From: Blepharisma stoltei ATCC 30299
Lineage: Eukaryota > Protista > Ciliophora
Direction: 5' to 3'
Assembly (NCBI GenBank): GCA_965603825.1
Contig: CBFDEM010000032.1
Span: forward strand, 124,001-188,000
Length of the DNA stretch: 64,000 nucleotides
Shown: in pieces, positions 60,401 through 64,000 of the stretch
Position numbering within the stretch: position 1 is the stretch's first letter
How the letters are laid out: every line of letters begins with the position of its first letter
Notes under the pieces: generated by a model
Seen by the model: only the letters and a program-made list of their open reading frames with translations
The model's database searches: none
What the model was told of the DNA's origin: nothing
Made by a program: the position numbers and the translations under genes

Positions 60401-61655
60401 CTAATTTTTGGTTTTTCATAGAAAATGAACAAAAATTGACCTCCCAAATAACAAGCAATTTATCTTTGACTAGTGTTTTGTTTGTGTAACAATCTGAAAA
60501 ATAATTAATGACTTTTGTTTTGTCTTCCAAGTTTTTATTGCAAAGTAGATGTCTTATCGATCTTTCAAATTTATACTGATTCGTTGTGTTAACAGGAGAA
60601 AAATCGCTATCTTTATTATTTTTAGTCTTTATAATAGTATATCAGCAAGTAATAAAAATACTTATAGGTTGCATAAAAAAAACCAGCAAAAATATAACCC
60701 CTGCGTTGTCCATAGCGTCTCCAAACAAAACTGCAAAGAATGATAAAGACACAGTTAAAGCTCCGCAGGATTTTATAGCGTTTTCAAATTTGTTATAATA
60801 AGGCACTTTTCTTAGAAACTCTATGAATATCCAAAATGAAGCTATCATGAAAAGAAATCGAAATTTAATAGCATTTTCATCTCCAAACGAAACGTAGTTT
60901 ATGCTTACTAAAGTTTTGAAAACTAAAAACTTTAAATCTACTGAAGAATGCGCTCTTACAGTCAAAATTTTTCCTCAATGACTATGCCGGGTATCTGTAG
61001 TGAATAATTCTCAAAAATAAGCTATGAGAACTAAGAAAATAATTAAAAATAGACTAGTAATTGCACCAAAATTTCCATAATCAAATAATTGAGGATTTGT
61101 ATCTCCAGGCATCTCGTAAGTTTTATCATAGTTAAAAAATGAATATTTAAAAACCATAGAAAATTCTACTAAAGAAGGAACATATAATACAGTCGCCCAA
61201 ACTAATAGTAGTTTTCTCAATAATCTAAATAATAACTTTGGCATTTTAAACTTTGTGATTTCCAAGCCAAGCATCACAATTAATGCTCCAGCACAAAATA
61301 GTAAAATGGAGGCAAAGGAATAGAAGTAAATTTTCATAATTCCAATAATACTAAAAGCCTTCGTTATATTGAAAAAACTTATAAACTGCCAAAAGCTTTT
61401 ATAACGTTTTCACCCAGAAATATTCATATCTGGGTACCAAGACAAGGCTATCATTTGGAAAGCTAGGAGAATATTTACCATAACTTCAATCAACAGTTGA
61501 GTACCCATTCTGTAGCCTTTCTTATATTCTGATTTAAAAACTCTTCCAAATAACTTAAAAATGCTGTTTTGTAATTGATTGTGCAGCGATTCTTCATATT
61601 CAAGCTTTTTAGATCCGATATCCTCAAATGTCTCTTCATAGTAGCCAAATAACAT
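57414..61655 (-). CDS. TmcB/TmcC-like multi-TM PAS protein, array copy 7 (~1408 aa)
   Basis: Start MLFGYYEETF; single frame with TGA=W; most similar to copy 6. Confidence 0.85.
58956..58970 (-). other. 15-nt intron GTAATCTTTATATAG (copy 7)
   Basis: GT..AG, A at position 10, in-frame TAG. Confidence 0.9.
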
Positions 61656-63029
61656 ATTTATGACTTATTAGATGATTATGGTGACAAATGAAAAAATAAA
61701 TTGAAAACTTTAAAACTTTCTGATCTCAAATTTACTATCAGAGTTTTTGCGGACATCTTTTGTTAGAGAATAATACTTAGTTTAAGCCAAAAAATATGGG
61801 CTAGGGAATAATTTTCTTAAGTCGTTTTTCCGTGAAATTGAAATATATGCATGCTGATAACTCTCTGAATTATTTTTTAGTAGAAAGCAAGTCAATGTAG
61901 ACAAAAAATATTAAAAATTATAGGAGCTTTTTCATAGTGCAGAGCATTCTTATTCTATAATAAGATAAATACTTGACTAATGTATAAATCAACTTAAAGC
62001 AAGTATTATAGCATTTATCGTTTAATTAGAGTAATTATTAATTTTATATTTCACTTAAATAATTAAGTCTTAAACTATTCGTCATTTATACAGCTTGGCC
62101 CATCAAGCTATTGACAATACATAAGAAACCGCATCAAAAAATTATCAATTTTATAGGAATTTTGCTTATATGGTGATTCATCCTAAACCTTTTATCATTT
62201 CTGCCAGAAAATTATATTAAAGTATCGTAAAAATGAATAAATTTAGTGTAAGAATCATAAAATAGTTTGTTGTTCATTTTTATTAGATCAAAAATCAACA
62301 AAGCATTTGAGTTTTTTTGGCTTAATCCTAGCTGAAAATATGATTTATAAGCTGTGTGGCAAGCGATAAGCCCAAATAAAATCATCATTGCATCTCGCCA
62401 AAATTCCAAGTATTTGAGGATTCTTATTCAAAAAGTTTTGAACGTTATCATAAAAGCTATGTGTATTTTCTCAAGTATAGCAAGACAAAATATTTTATTG
62501 CTAATATAGATACTTAACCTTTTATTTACTGAGCGGACTTTGATCCCTAAAAGCGACAGAAATCATAATGCCTTAGAATTAAACTTTTTGCATTTTTGAA
62601 TTTTTTAACTTCTTTAAATTATAAAGAAGATATTTATTATATACCCTCAATAAAAATTAATTTTAGCCAAAATGGAAAGATAGCTCAATTATCTTATGAA
62701 GAATTTATCTGGATAAATTAAGTCCTGTTATTAATAGTCTTCTCGAAATTTATAGTGCTTGCTTTTAAAGATTAATTAAAATTATAAATCTAATAATCGA
62801 TCTAAAATTATTTTAAAAATGTAATAGATCACCTAACAATAAAAGCTCAAACTCTAATTTAATTAATTTTTTCTTCTCTATACAGTATAAAATTCTCTAT
62901 AAAAGTTATGGTAGACAGCTATACTATATGTAAAAATTGCAAATAAAGATTGTTAAAGGGTAAGCTTAATTTTTGTCCATAAGATTCAAAAATAAAGCTC
63001 AGCGAGCTATATCAGTCTTAATATATTTA

Positions 63030-64000
63030 ATGAACTTAGATTCCAAAGAAGATTTGCTGGAGAGCAATGACGCTTTAAAATTCCAATACAAGAAATCATC
63101 CTTTGAGAAACAAAAAAGTCGCATTTTTAAGCTATTTGGAAAAATTTTAAAAGCAAAATACAATTCAAGCTACAAGTTAAAGTCTCAAATAGCAATAGAA
63201 GTCCTCCTCAATGCTATAATTTCTCTTCAATTAATTGCTTTGGCTTGATACCCAAATATGAGCATTTCAGGATGAAGTAGCTATTCAAAGTTTTGGGACA
63301 CAATCAGCATTTTTAACATAAGCAATTTTTGTGGCACCTATGAGATTACTGATTACTGTTTTCATGGGATTGCCTCCATTTTATGCTTCTGCTTAGTAAC
63401 ATTTTTAGGAATGTTCTTTATTGGATATACAAAGTATGAAATTCCAAGGATTTTATTTTGGGTATTAAGAAACTTATTGCTATTTTGTGTTACAGTCTTG
63501 TATATACCTTCATTAATTGAGCTTACATTGGGTTTTAAATATTCCACTTTTAGCTATGAGAAAATTGGTGAATATCCAAGCAATAAAAATTCCGAAATTC
63601 TAAATAAAGGGTCCATGGGAACTATAATGGGTATCATTTTGATACCATTTTTGGTATTTATAGCTTATTTTTGAGAACTATTCACGACAGATACAAAGCA
63701 TATCCTCTGAGATAAGGATTTAAATGCAAGGTCACACTCAGCAGTTGATTTAAAATTTCTAGCGTTCAAGACCTTATTCAGTATCTGCTATATATTAATT
63801 GGGAATGACAATATTGTTACATATCAGATGATTTTCATGGTTTTTTCTTTCTGAATATTTTTAGAATATTTGATGAAATTGCCATATTATAATATTATTG
63901 AAAACTCAATAAAATCTTGTAAGCTGCTATTAGTATCTGTATCATTATTAGCAGTTTTATTAGGAACTATGATAGATAATGCAGGAATTATTTGTATGCT
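63030..64000 (+). CDS. TmcB/TmcC-like protein, array copy 8 (5' part, inverted orientation, runs off the window)
   Basis: MNLDSKEDLL..IFKLFGKI..LQLIALAWYPNMSISGW..LYIPSLIEL..ARSHSAVDLKFL..LPYYNIIENSIKSCK, homologous to the N-termini of copies 1-7. Confidence 0.85.

Noticed and set aside
25411-61655. Reading the fragmented array ORFs as pseudogenes or many small genes
   Set aside because: Breaks are TGA at Trp-homologous sites or the conserved 15-nt intron, and fragments stay in one frame.
62212-62409. 65-aa ORF between copies 7 and 8
   Set aside because: Non-ATG start in the track, no motif, AT-rich spacer.
1-64000. Telomeric repeats or clear TA-bounded IESs interrupting genes
   Set aside because: No C4A2/C3TA2CA-type tracts were seen and the genes read through without large insertions, consistent with internal macronuclear sequence.

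Overview
Eukaryotic, AT-rich, very gene-dense DNA that reads as macronuclear sequence of a heterotrich ciliate, most likely Blepharisma (inference). Two features visible in the sequence support this. First, TGA is read as Trp: it falls on conserved Trp positions, swaps with TGG between paralogs, and every complete gene ends in TAA or TAG. Second, introns are 15-nt GT..AG with an A at position 10. The supplied ORF track treats TGA as stop, so it fragments most genes and misses one (NTMT1-like, 4211-5017); I re-joined them by frame checks. The first 25 kb holds tightly packed mostly single-copy genes: EF-hand protein, DusA-type tRNA-dihydrouridine synthase, PHB-depolymerase-like protein, tRNA-Gly(TCC), N-terminal methyltransferase, RRM+SPOC protein, tRNA-ligase-type kinase, cullin, cytochrome b5 reductase, peptide deformylase, PP2C, two PB1+multi-HTH paralogs, a repeat-rich surface protein and DBP2/DDX5. 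The remaining ~39 kb is a tandem array of at least eight paralogous ~1400-aa polytopic membrane proteins resembling the TmcB/TmcC (tiny macrocysts) PAS family. Each complete copy has a FixL-like PAS domain with an invariant His, two putative extracellular helical sensor modules, a cyclase-linker-like tail with no catalytic domain, and the same 15-nt intron ending in an in-frame TAG. This array is the best candidate for an uncharacterised sensory system.
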